A model generated the notes under the pieces. That model was given only the letters and a program-made list of their open reading frames with translations, had not been told where the DNA came from and ran no database searches. This document shows, in pieces, positions 63,241-64,000 of a stretch of DNA of 64,000 nt. How positions within the stretch are numbered: position 1 is the stretch's first letter; each line of letters starts with the position of its first letter. The DNA is from Thermoanaerobaculia bacterium (lineage in GTDB: Bacteria > Acidobacteriota > Thermoanaerobaculia > Multivoradales > UBA5704): the NCBI GenBank assembly GCA_039918595.1, contig JBDSHF010000028.1, positions 5,370 through 69,369 of the forward strand. Direction: 5' to 3'. A program made the translations under genes and the position numbers.

Positions 63241-64000
63241 ATGGCCCAGCCCGCCCGCAAGATGCCGCCTCATGGGGAGCCGGAGACCGTTCTCCCGAGC
63301 GGCGATCCCTTCCGCTACGGATCGCGATGGCGGCGCGTCCGTCTGCCCAGCGGCGAAGTCACCGAGCAGCAGATTCCCTTGACGCCGGACGATCTTCTCG
63401 ACCCGCAGCTCGGAGACGAAGTGACCCAGAGTCGACCGCATGCCAAACTCGTCACCACCTTGAACGACTTGCTGGAGAGACACTTCGACCAAGACCCGGA
63501 CGTGCAGGTCCTTTTCGACATGAAGATTCTCTGGGGTCTGCCCGGCCTCCCCGATCCTTCCCCCGATATCGCGGTCGTCCGGGGTGCCCCCCTGAACGAG
63601 AGCCGGTCGACCTTCAAAGTTGCCGAGGAAGGCGTACTCCCCTGCCTGATCATCGAGGTCGTCTCCTACTCAGACGCCGAGATGTACCGGAACGACCATG
63701 AGAAGAAGGTCGAGCTCTACCAGCGGGTCGGGATCCCCGAATACCTGGTCGTCGATCCCTCCTTCTCCGCCGAAGATCCGCTCCGGCTGACGGGCTATCG
63801 CATGGCGTCCGACCGGCGGTATCGGCAGATCGAGCCCGATGCTCGGGGATGTCTGCGCTCTGAAACCACGAGCCTCCTTTTTGCTCCGTCCGAAAATGGC
63901 CGCACGATCCGAGTCGGCGATGCCGGGACCGGCGAGTGGCTGCTCACCGCGAAAGAGGAAGAGACTGCCCGCAAAGCCGCCGAGGCCGAGCTTGCCCGGC
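63241..64000 (+). CDS. Uma2-family (DUF820) putative endonuclease, 3' end beyond window
   Basis: Not in ORF track (open at the right edge). My translation: MAQPARKMPPHGEP...SPDIAVVRGAP...PCLIIEVVSYSD...KKVELYQRVGIPEYLVVDP. Confidence 0.65.
   Translation, partial: MAQPARKMPPHGEPETVLPSGDPFRYGSRWRRVRLPSGEVTEQQIPLTPDDLLDPQLGDEVTQSRPHAKLVTTLNDLLERHFDQDPDVQVLFDMKILWGLPGLPDPSPDIAVVRGAPLNESRSTFKVAEEGVLPCLIIEVVSYSDAEMYRNDHEKKVELYQRVGIPEYLVVDPSFSAEDPLRLTGYRMASDRRYRQIEPDARGCLRSETTSLLFAPSENGRTIRVGDAGTGEWLLTAKEEETARKAAEAELAR

Overview
The window splits at about 30.3 kb.

LEFT PART (1-30305): the right-hand 30 kb or more of an integrated mobile island. Its right junction interrupts comM (Mg-chelatase-like competence gene) directly beside a large serine recombinase. 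Its left end lies outside the window. The island carries:
- a second large serine recombinase;
- an ArdC-type antirestriction gene followed by three tightly overlapped small genes, one of them a SymE/AbrB-like ORF missing from the ORF track;
- a Toprim-like plus P-loop replication-like pair;
- at least six XRE/HTH regulators;
- an RHH-GNAT fusion;
- two paralogous FtsK/HerA/T4CP-type ATPases, each paired with a different nuclease fold (a separate RuvC-like gene, and a fused C-terminal PD-(D/E)xK-like domain);
- a visibly low-GC cassette encoding a 1637-aa secreted multidomain protein.

RIGHT PART (30.3-64 kb): ordinary high-GC backbone of a diderm bacterium. Genes, in order: glycosyltransferase, murB, rpiB, trmH-like, metK, fused lptF-lptG, queD, parAB, miaB, ptsI-ptsH-EIIA(Man)-rapZ-hprK-rpoN-lptB-lptC/A, recJ, accA, and a Uma2 nuclease.

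MOST UNUSUAL SIGNAL: a recurring module found both on the chromosome (36.9-43.2 kb) and on the island (2.7-7.6 kb). It has three parts:
- five paralogous cytoplasmic TPR proteins; three carry a full ZAS-like HLL-x2-C-x2-C N-terminus, and a fourth keeps HLL but has lost the cysteines;
- three ECF-like sigma paralogs, two of them translationally coupled to TPR genes;
- three small signal-peptide ORFs that end in a shared (I/L)DP(N/D)G motif. One carries the nonapeptide TGNTLDPNG twice, with only synonymous differences between the copies.

I interpret this, as inference only, as a candidate peptide-gated anti-sigma signalling system. It would be RRNPP/arbitrium-like in logic, and the mobile element has acquired copies of it.

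No rRNA, tRNA, CRISPR array or transposase was found. All functional calls rest on recognising motifs in the translations by eye; no database search was run.
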